Below, piece after piece: positions 48,539-56,263 of a stretch of 64,000 bases of DNA. The translations under genes were made by a program, and so were the position numbers. The DNA comes from Candidatus Multivoradales bacterium (GTDB lineage: Bacteria; Acidobacteriota; Thermoanaerobaculia; Multivoradales; JAHEKO01): contig CBDCXM010000009.1 in assembly GCA_965223855.1 (NCBI GenBank), forward strand, positions 1,120,001 through 1,184,000, given 5' to 3'. The notes below the pieces were generated by a model. That model ran no database searches, was not told the origin of the DNA, and saw nothing but the letters and a program-made list of their open reading frames with translations. The first letter of the stretch is position 1; every line of letters begins with the position of its first letter.

Positions 48539-51052
48539 CTACTGGATATAACCGAGCGAGCGCAGTTGCTGCAACTGCTCGGGGGATAGCTCGACGTCGC
48601 CGGCGGCCTGGAAGCGACCGGCCAGAGCCTGATGCGCCTCCCACTGCTCGAGCAGCAGCGCTCGGTAGCGCTCGACCAGTTCCGGGTACTCCTCGTTGAC
48701 GGCCCTGGTGGCGAACGGGTCCGCGTCCAGGTCGTAGAGCAGCAGGCGCGGCACTTCGGGGAAGTGCGGGTGGAGCGCCCCCCATCGACCGCCGACCGGC
48801 ACGGCGTAGCGGCCCCTGCCCGGTTCGCTCCCCTCGGGCTGCGGCCCGATCTCGAGCGACGCCCCCCAGCGGCCGTCCACGATCTCGAGATTGCCGATCA
48901 GTTCGCCGCTCGCCTCGTCGATCCGGAACTCGTCGAGGATCACCGGTCGCAGCTCCTGACCTCCACCGCCGAGCATCGGAGCCAGCGACTGTCCCTGGAG
49001 AACTTCGGGCAGCGGCAGGCCGACGAGCTCGAGTACGGTCGGCAGCACGTCGATCATCGACACCGGATCGGCGAAGCGCTGACCTGCCGGGATCCTGCCC
49101 GGCCAGATGAAGATCAGCGGCACGCGTGAGGAGTAGGCGTCGAAAAGCGCTCCCTGCCACGGCTCCGGCTGCGGATCGAGCCGACCGCGACCCCAGCGGG
49201 CGAACGAGCCTGCCGGATGACCGTGGTCGGCGCCGATGACGAGCAGGGTGTTCTCCCACTCGCCGCGCCGTTTGAGCTCTGCCACGAGAGCGGCGAGCTC
49301 GTGATCCTGGTGGAGCATCGTCTCGTCGTGGAGATCGCGTCGGCCGTCGAAGTAGGTGCCGCGGTCGATCCCCGTCTGGGTCATCGCCCGGTCGTAGAAG
49401 TCGGCGATCGAGGTGCGTCCGAAGAGGTAGCCGGCGGAGCGGAACATCTGCTGCTCCCAGCCGCGCAACTCCTCGTGCCGCTCCTCGCTGATCCAGGTGC
49501 CGGCGTGCGGCGCTTCCGGGTGGTTCGGCTCATGGACGTCGGTCGTCTGGAAGTGAGTCCAGGTCGGGCCTCCCGGGTAGGCGCTTCGCAGCCCCCAGTA
49601 GCGCTCATGGAGCTCGTGCGACGAGGTCGAATGATGCTCGACTCCGCTGTCGCGCAGCACATCGACCCCCTTCTCGAGCCCCAGAATCCGTCCGGCGTTC
49701 GGATTGGCGCCGAAGGAGGAGGTCTGGTAGCCCGCAGCACGGAAGTGCTCGGCCATCGTCGTGGCGTTCGCCGGCACGGCGGTCGAATGCACGCCGCGTC
49801 GCAGGCCCCCCAGCACGCTGTGCTGGAGCGAAGTCATGAACGAGACGGTGGACGGCTGGGTCCAGGTGGCATTCGAGTAGGCGCGCTCGAAGACCGCCCC
49901 CTCGGCGGCGAGAGCCTCGAGGAACGGCGTCGTCGGCCGTTCGTAGCCGTAGACGCTCATGAAGTCGCTGCCGCCGCCGTCGATGACGTAGAAGATGACG
50001 TTGGGCCGTTCTCCGGAAGGGGAGCCCGAGACGATCGGCGCTCCCCAGAAGGCGACCGCCCCTTCGCGCTCGCTCTCGGCCTCGAACGTGAGCCGAGCGG
50101 TGTCGCCTCCGAGCGCGGCGAGGTCGATCGAGCGTTGCTGCCAGCTCGCGGCGTCGGCGACGGTCTCCTCCCACAGGGTCTCCCTCTTCTCACCGTCGCC
50201 GGCGGTCACCCGGTAGGTGACCGGTTCCCCGGGAGCTGTCGTCACACCGAGGTCGAGACGTCCCCCCTCGGGAATCTCGACCTCCCACGTGAGCGATGCG
50301 GGCACGTGGGCGAACAGGGTGCTGCGGGTCTCGCCGTCTCGCACGACGTGGGTGCTGCCGGAATCGTCGAGGTAGCTGGCGCCGCGCGGGACGAGCTCGA
50401 TCGACTGGAGGTCGATCGAAGCCGGATCGACGGCGGCGACCAGGATCCCGAAGTCCTCGAGCGGCGTGCCGGCGCCCTCCCCCTCGCGCGGGCGCAGGGG
50501 AATCGAGTAGATCTGCTCCGAGCCGTCGCTGAAGACCGGCGGCGCCTCGTCGGTCGAGAAGAAGAACACCATGTCGTTGGGGAGCGCTCCGGCGTCGCCG
50601 GTGTTGTGCACCACCGTCATGCCGGCGAACCTCTGATTCGACCGTGCGCGGATCTTCACCGCCTCGAAGTCCTCGAGCAGCAAGCCGTCCTCGAGTGCAT
50701 GGCCGACGCCGCCGATGCGGAGCATCGTCCGCGGCGCGGGAGGCAGATCGACGGACAGTCGCAGCGCTCCTTCGACCGGCTCGAGCGAGACCGCCGACAG
50801 GACCGGGCCGACCTCGAAGTCGAGGGGGTACCAGCCGGGCTGCGGCTCATGGAAGCTCCACCGGCGCTGCTGACGCGCGACGAGCGGCGCGGCGCCCGAC
50901 TCGACGGTCGCCGTGTCGAAGCGAGCGAACAGGTTGACGAGCCCCGAGGTCCCGGCAGTCGGGGTCGTGTCGGGGCTGCACGCCGCGAGGGGGATCAGGG
51001 TGGCGGCGAGGGTGCAGGCCAGGGCCCTGTCGGTCAGGCGCAGCTCAATCAT
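48539..51052 (-). CDS. Sulfatase-like (AlkP superfamily) lipoprotein with non-canonical active site
   Basis: LAAC lipobox, PNVIFYVID, YGYERPTTPFL, WTQPS, DVHEP, GADHGH, VPLIF, C-terminal LRSLGYIQ. Confidence 0.85.
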   Translation of the reverse strand: MIELRLTDRALACTLAATLIPLAACSPDTTPTAGTSGLVNLFARFDTATVESGAAPLVARQQRRWSFHEPQPGWYPLDFEVGPVLSAVSLEPVEGALRLSVDLPPAPRTMLRIGGVGHALEDGLLLEDFEAVKIRARSNQRFAGMTVVHNTGDAGALPNDMVFFFSTDEAPPVFSDGSEQIYSIPLRPREGEGAGTPLEDFGILVAAVDPASIDLQSIELVPRGASYLDDSGSTHVVRDGETRSTLFAHVPASLTWEVEIPEGGRLDLGVTTAPGEPVTYRVTAGDGEKRETLWEETVADAASWQQRSIDLAALGGDTARLTFEAESEREGAVAFWGAPIVSGSPSGERPNVIFYVIDGGGSDFMSVYGYERPTTPFLEALAAEGAVFERAYSNATWTQPSTVSFMTSLQHSVLGGLRRGVHSTAVPANATTMAEHFRAAGYQTSSFGANPNAGRILGLEKGVDVLRDSGVEHHSTSSHELHERYWGLRSAYPGGPTWTHFQTTDVHEPNHPEAPHAGTWISEERHEELRGWEQQMFRSAGYLFGRTSIADFYDRAMTQTGIDRGTYFDGRRDLHDETMLHQDHELAALVAELKRRGEWENTLLVIGADHGHPAGSFARWGRGRLDPQPEPWQGALFDAYSSRVPLIFIWPGRIPAGQRFADPVSMIDVLPTVLELVGLPLPEVLQGQSLAPMLGGGGQELRPVILDEFRIDEASGELIGNLEIVDGRWGASLEIGPQPEGSEPGRGRYAVPVGGRWGALHPHFPEVPRLLLYDLDADPFATRAVNEEYPELVERYRALLLEQWEAHQALAGRFQAAGDVELSPEQLQQLRSLGYIQ

Positions 51053-51199
51053 CGGTGCACTCCCAGGGTTGCGTTGCAGCGAAGAGGCGGGCAGGCGCGG
51101 CGGCCTGCCCCAGCGGTCTGCTCGGGGACCTGTTGAGTATAGGTGCCTGGTCGGGAGCGGAATTCCCGGGCGGCCGTCGACCTCCCCGCTGGCCAGTCT

Positions 51200-52753
51200 T
51201 CAGTCGAGGTAGCCGAGCGCCCGCAGATCGTCGAGGATCGCCTCGTCGGCCTCGGAGGCGGTGGTCGAGGAGCCCTCGAGCGTGCCCCACGACTCGACCC
51301 GGCGGACAGGCCGATTCCGCAGCTCCGATGTGAAGAGCGAGAGGAACGGCTCGCCGGCGAAGTCTTCGGCGACCGGGAGGCGCAGTGCGTGGAGCAGGGT
51401 CGGCGTGATGTCGTGGATGTCGAAGCCTTCGAGGGTGACGCCGGTCTCGACGTCCGGCCCGGCGGCGAAGAAGACACCGGCGGTGTGATCGCTGTGGGAG
51501 CCCGACAACCGCTCGATCGGAGGGAGGAAGTCGTCCCAACGTCGATCGCCGTAGAGAAGGTCGCGCGTCGCGCCGTTCGTGAAGACCTCGACGACGAGGT
51601 CGGCGTCCTCGCCGGCTGAGGGCTCCGCGGGCTCTTTGAACACCGGTTCGCCGCCCGCGTAGCTGATCGTCGCCAGCCCGGCGGCGAGCCGGCGTCGGAT
51701 CCGCTCTCGCTCGGCCGGCTCGACCTGCGGCCCGAACCTGAGCTTCTTGCGGGTGCGGAAGTGGGGAGTCTCGTGGACGAAGAGGCTCGTCTTCTCCCAG
51801 CGGATGCCGTCTGGGCCGCGCTGCTGCAACCCCAGCCGGACGAGCACCTGGTCGAAGTTGAGGAACAGCCGCACCCGCTCGCTGCGCATGGCGTGAAAGC
51901 CGTGATCCGACAGCACGACGACGTTGGTGTCGGGCCCCGCGGCGGCGACCAGCCGGCCGATCGCGATGTCGAGAGCCCGGTAGGCGTCGGGCACCAGCTC
52001 ACGCTCGTCGTCGCGGAACTCGGCGCCGGGGAACGCCTCCGGCTCCCAGTACTTCCAGAAGCGGTGGCTCGCGATATCGACGCTCCGCAGATAGGAGAGC
52101 ACGAGCTCGAAGTCGAGTTCGAGCAGCCGCAGCGTCGCTTCGAGCGTCAGGTCGTCGCGCTCGGCGCTCGCCAGCCGGGCATCGAAGAGCAGCCCATCGG
52201 CACCCGCCGCTTCGCTCCATTCGGCCACCGTCGCCGTGAGGTCGGGCGGAAACACGGCGTCTTCGAGCCCGTGCTTCCAGCGATCGCTCAGCACCACACC
52301 GTGGACCGGTTCCGCCGGCCAGCTCACCCACCAGCTCACCACCGCGACCCGCCGGCCGGCGGTGGAGAGCATGTTCCACAGCGCCGGCACCTTCCTTACC
52401 GTCGAGGAGACGGGCACGTCGCCGCGCTCGGTGGGGACGGCGAAGTCGGTGATGCCGTGCACCTCGGGGACCGTCCCGGTGGCGACCGTCGTCCAGATGA
52501 CGGGTGAGGAGCCGTAGTCGGTCCCCAGCCGCCCGGCGCTGCCGGCTGCCGCCAGCGCTCGCAGGTGCGGGAGCTCACCCCGGCTCCAGAGAGCCTCGAT
52601 GACGTTCCATTCCGCACCGTCGACACCGACCACCAGCCATCTCGGCTCCTGTTCGGGACGGGGGTCGGCGCATCCGCTCAGCAGCGGGATGGCGAGCGCA
52701 ACGATGGAGAGCAAGCCGCGAACGAAGCGGAGGCGATGAGGGCGTCCGGGCAT
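51200..52753 (-). CDS. Type I phosphodiesterase/nucleotide pyrophosphatase (AlkP family) lipoprotein
   Basis: LSGC lipobox, VVGVDGA.W, SPVIWTT.ATG..P..HGI, D..SH, SDHGF, SGSH, DITPT, LRALGYLD. Confidence 0.88.
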   Translation of the reverse strand: MPGRPHRLRFVRGLLSIVALAIPLLSGCADPRPEQEPRWLVVGVDGAEWNVIEALWSRGELPHLRALAAAGSAGRLGTDYGSSPVIWTTVATGTVPEVHGITDFAVPTERGDVPVSSTVRKVPALWNMLSTAGRRVAVVSWWVSWPAEPVHGVVLSDRWKHGLEDAVFPPDLTATVAEWSEAAGADGLLFDARLASAERDDLTLEATLRLLELDFELVLSYLRSVDIASHRFWKYWEPEAFPGAEFRDDERELVPDAYRALDIAIGRLVAAAGPDTNVVVLSDHGFHAMRSERVRLFLNFDQVLVRLGLQQRGPDGIRWEKTSLFVHETPHFRTRKKLRFGPQVEPAERERIRRRLAAGLATISYAGGEPVFKEPAEPSAGEDADLVVEVFTNGATRDLLYGDRRWDDFLPPIERLSGSHSDHTAGVFFAAGPDVETGVTLEGFDIHDITPTLLHALRLPVAEDFAGEPFLSLFTSELRNRPVRRVESWGTLEGSSTTASEADEAILDDLRALGYLD

Positions 52754-52792
52754 CGGCCGCCAGAGGCTATCCCGGATAGTGGGGTGGCGCCG

Positions 52793-54295
52793 TCAGACGC
52801 TCGCCGAAACGACGCTCGCGGCCCGGCCTGCCGCTGCACCCACCGCGAGGCGACGCCGGAAGCCGAGGTGGCGGCGGCGGCTCAGCTCGATGAGCGGCCG
52901 CCAGACCGGGCCGGTCAGGTCGTGGCGGATCAGCCCGGGCCACCACCGGTTCGAGCGCTTGTACAGGTAGCTCATCGCCAGGTAGGCGGCCACCGCGCGG
53001 CGATCGGTCGGCCGGCGGCGCCAGATCGACGCCGAGGAGAAGAGCCGCCGGTAGCAGCCCGTGTAGCCCTCCATCAGCTCGTCCGGAGACATGCGTCGCG
53101 GGCGGAAGACGACGTTCGCCGTGTCGTACCGCGACCAGTCGCGATGGAGGATCCGGCCCTCCGCCTCCATCTGCTCGAACAGCGGAGTACCGGGGTAGGG
53201 GGTGAGGATGTGGAAGGTCGCGCACTCGAGGCGCTCGGCCTCGATCCATTCCACCGTGCGGTCGAAGACGGAGGCGTCGTCCTCGTCGAAGCCGAAGACG
53301 AAGCTGCCGTTGACCTGTATGCCGTGGTCGTGGAGCAGGCGCACCCGGCGCGCGTAGTCGGCCGTCAGCGGAGAGCGCTTCCGGGAGCCGCGGATGTTGA
53401 GATCCGACAGTGATTCGAAGCCGACGAAGACCCCCGTGCAGCCGGCCATCGCCATCGCCCTGACGAGCGACGGGTCGTCGGTGACGTCGATCGATACCGC
53501 CGCGCTCCAGATCTTTTCGAGCGGCTCCAGGCGCTCGCACAGTGCTCGCAGGTAGTCGGGCCGCGAGCCGAGGTTGTTGTCGACGAAGACGCCGTAGGGT
53601 TCGCCGGTCGCCTCGAACTCTTCGGCGATCTGGTCGGGCGTGCGCATCTGGTAGGGCATCTGAAGCCCCTCGGTGGCGAGGTAGCAGAAGGTGCACCGGT
53701 TGTGGCAGCCGCGCGTCGCGATCAGGCTGGCGGTGGTCAGGAAGGACCTGCGCGGCAGGATCGAGCGGTCGGGGGCGGGTTCGTCGCGGTACGGGCGCCG
53801 GAAGGAGCCGCGGTACTCGCGCCGAAGGGTGCCGGCGGCCACGTCGTCGAGGATCGACGGCCAGACCTGGACCCCCTCGCCGATCGCCAGCGCGTCGGCA
53901 TGCGGCCTCGCCTCCTCGGGACAGGAGAGCACGTGGAGCCCGCCGAGCACGACCAGCGCCCCCTGAGCGCGGTACCAGTCGGCGAGCTCGTAGGCGCGCT
54001 CGGCGAAGGTCAGGTGGACGGTGATGCCGACCACCTGAGGAAACGGCTCCGTCGGTGGCGGCCCCTGGAGCAGGTTCTCGTCCCAGTAGGAGAGCTTCCA
54101 CCCCTCCGGCGTGGCCCCGGCGATGCTGGTCAGCGCGAGGGTCGGGGTCAGCACGTGCTTGCCGAAGCTCGCGTGCGGGTCCTTCGGGTAGAACGGGTTG
54201 ATGAGCAGGGCTCGGCGGGGCTCGACGGCGCCCGGAGGCGGGGAGGCGGCGAGGGTGGGAGGCTGACGCATGAGGGAGGGCAGAGCGGTTCGCAT
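52793..54295 (-). CDS. B12-binding-domain radical SAM protein
   Basis: VLGGLHV..CPEE, IGEG, TRGCHNRCTFC, FVDNN, VFVGFES, FVFGFD.D, LTPYPGT. Confidence 0.92.
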   Translation of the reverse strand: MRTALPSLMRQPPTLAASPPPGAVEPRRALLINPFYPKDPHASFGKHVLTPTLALTSIAGATPEGWKLSYWDENLLQGPPPTEPFPQVVGITVHLTFAERAYELADWYRAQGALVVLGGLHVLSCPEEARPHADALAIGEGVQVWPSILDDVAAGTLRREYRGSFRRPYRDEPAPDRSILPRRSFLTTASLIATRGCHNRCTFCYLATEGLQMPYQMRTPDQIAEEFEATGEPYGVFVDNNLGSRPDYLRALCERLEPLEKIWSAAVSIDVTDDPSLVRAMAMAGCTGVFVGFESLSDLNIRGSRKRSPLTADYARRVRLLHDHGIQVNGSFVFGFDEDDASVFDRTVEWIEAERLECATFHILTPYPGTPLFEQMEAEGRILHRDWSRYDTANVVFRPRRMSPDELMEGYTGCYRRLFSSASIWRRRPTDRRAVAAYLAMSYLYKRSNRWWPGLIRHDLTGPVWRPLIELSRRRHLGFRRRLAVGAAAGRAASVVSASV

Positions 54296-54301
54296 GGAAG
54301 C

Positions 54302-54334
54302 ACTGTAGAGCAATTTACTTTGAAAGGCAAAGTA
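54302..54334 (-). promoter_or_regulatory. Promoter TTGCCT-N17-TACAGT with overlapping palindrome TACTTTG-N5-CAAAGTA
   Basis: -10 lies 6 nt before ATG 54295; perfect 7-bp inverted repeat at 54316-54334 overlaps the -35. Confidence 0.7.
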
Positions 54335-54392
54335 TAGGTCTGAGAGCGGTGGGAGCTGCCGTTCTCGACTCCCTCGCGAGCCGGCGCCGTCG

Positions 54393-55211
54393 TCAGGAGG
54401 CTCGGCGCGCCGCGACGATGAGGCCGGGATTGCGGATTTCGAGCGCCGTCACGACGCCGTCCTGCACCAGGAAGCGGATCCGGGCCGAGGGCGCTCCGGC
54501 CGGATGGAAGACGTGGTCCCCCTGGTGGAAGAGAGTCCGCGCCGTGCCGCCGCTGCGCTCGATCGTCAGGCCGAAGCGGCCTACCGCGACGTCGAAGCGA
54601 TCGAGCGTGTCGCTGCCGAAGGTGTAGCCGCCGACGTAGGCCTCCTGCTCGATCAGGAGCGGCTCGGTTCGGGCCCCGCGGTCGGCGCCGCCGATCTCGT
54701 CGAGGTAGGCGAGCACCTCCTCCGCCCGCTCGCCACCGAGCTCGGCGTGGCGGCGCATCGGGATGCCGTGCGGCCCGGGCATCGACTGCAGGCCCGGATG
54801 CGCTTCGACCAGGGCGCGAACTGCCGGCAGGTTGCCCATCATGACGGCGGTGAAGATGTCCGGCCGCGCGCCGTTGGCGATCAGGTACTCGGCGATCTCG
54901 TAGTTGCCGGTGTGGGAGGCGGCGCCGAGAGCGGTCTCCCAGTCGCCGAACCCCCAGTCCCACGCCGAGCCGGCGAGCTCGGGTCGCTCGTCGACGAGAG
55001 CCTGGACCTTCTCGAGGCTGAAGTGGGCGGCGCCGACGACCTCCTTGATCGCCTCCGCTTCCTGCGACGGGTAGTGCTCGTGAAGGAGGGGCTTGCCGGC
55101 TACCGCTGCGGCGGTCTCCGCGGAGACGGCACGCGTCGGGTCCAGCAGGAACGTGCCCAGAGCGAGGGGGGCGGTCGTCAGCAGGGCACGGCGGTCGAGG
55201 TCACGGGGCAT
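54393..55211 (-). CDS. Ankyrin-like repeat protein with Tat-like N-terminus
   Basis: DRRALL..hydrophobic..AVSA; DWGFGDWETALGAASHTG..EIAEYLI.NGA; GPHGI. Confidence 0.75.
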   Translation of the reverse strand: MPRDLDRRALLTTAPLALGTFLLDPTRAVSAETAAAVAGKPLLHEHYPSQEAEAIKEVVGAAHFSLEKVQALVDERPELAGSAWDWGFGDWETALGAASHTGNYEIAEYLIANGARPDIFTAVMMGNLPAVRALVEAHPGLQSMPGPHGIPMRRHAELGGERAEEVLAYLDEIGGADRGARTEPLLIEQEAYVGGYTFGSDTLDRFDVAVGRFGLTIERSGGTARTLFHQGDHVFHPAGAPSARIRFLVQDGVVTALEIRNPGLIVAARRAS

Positions 55212-56100
55212 CAGCGGTCTCCTTGGAGAGATTCGAGGGCTCGAGGACGGCGGTCACCTGCCGCTTCGCTTCGCGAGCGATCCGGCGCCAGTCGCCCGGA
55301 TCCGACCAGGTGTCGGCCCACGGATGCGTGCCGTCGTCGAGCCGGATCAGTTCGAGGACCAGCAGCCGCTCGTCCTCCTGGTCGAAGTAGCGGGCGTTGA
55401 GGACGAAGTCCGCTCCGAGGTCGGCGGCGAGCTCCCTCATTCGGGGGAAGGGGAAGGCTGAGTACGGGGCGGTCGAGCGCGGTCCGATGACCTGGACGTC
55501 ATCGGCTTCGCCGCCGGAGAACTCGACGACGAGCCACTCGGAAATCCGGGCGAGGTCGTCCCCCTCGTCGCCCACCGCAGCGAGCTCGAACGGCATGATC
55601 GCGAGCCGCGGGCCGGAAGCGACCGTGGTCGAACTCCGACCGCGGGCCAGGAACCCTGCGACGACCGCCAGCAGCAGGACGGCTCCCGCCAGGGCCCAGC
55701 GGCCCGCACGGGAGCTGCCGGTGACGCCCCGATCGCCGGCAGCCGTCCGGTCTTCCGGCAGCTCGACTTCGGGAATCAGCCGGTAGCCACGGCGGGGGAG
55801 GGTTTCGACGTAGCTCGGCTCGGCCGCCGAATCTCCGAGCGCCGCGCGGATCTGGCGGATGCAGAAGTTGACGCTCTGGTCGAAGTCGACGTGGGAGTCG
55901 GGCCACAGCTCGTCGCGGATCTCCTCGCGGGTCACCAGTTCGCCGCGCTTCCGCGCCAGGAGTTCGAGCAGCTGTGCCGGCTGTGGCGCGAGCCGGACGG
56001 TCTCCTCGGACCCGGACGCCTGGAGCGGTCGAATCTCGCCCGTCGACGGCTGGAACAGGAACTCGGCGATTCGAATCGGTGGACTCTGCCGGCGCGACAT
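55201..56100 (-). CDS. CadC-like regulator: winged helix, TM and TolB_N-like domain
   Basis: LAPQP..LL.LL...GELVTREEI..LW...VDFDQSVNFCIRQIR.ALGDSA..P.YVETLPRRGYR, TM helix, LAIMPF, LGADFVL. Confidence 0.9.
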   Translation of the reverse strand: MSRRQSPPIRIAEFLFQPSTGEIRPLQASGSEETVRLAPQPAQLLELLARKRGELVTREEIRDELWPDSHVDFDQSVNFCIRQIRAALGDSAAEPSYVETLPRRGYRLIPEVELPEDRTAAGDRGVTGSSRAGRWALAGAVLLLAVVAGFLARGRSSTTVASGPRLAIMPFELAAVGDEGDDLARISEWLVVEFSGGEADDVQVIGPRSTAPYSAFPFPRMRELAADLGADFVLNARYFDQEDERLLVLELIRLDDGTHPWADTWSDPGDWRRIAREAKRQVTAVLEPSNLSKETADAP

Positions 56101-56188
56101 GCCCCAAGCATAGGGCCCGGGGGTTCGGTCGGATCGACTTGCGAGCGGTTCCACACCGGCACACTACGGCTCCGCCCGCCGGGTCTCC

Positions 56189-56216
56189 CTGAGTGAGAGC
56201 TGAGAAAGAGCTGAGA
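56189..56216 (+). promoter_or_regulatory. Three CTGAG direct repeats with 11-bp period
   Basis: CTGAGtgagag CTGAGaaagag CTGAGa at 56189, 56200 and 56211. Confidence 0.7.
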
Positions 56217-56263
56217 TCCGGCGGCCTGCTTCTGCCGGAGCGTCCGGTAGGCTACGGGCGTTC

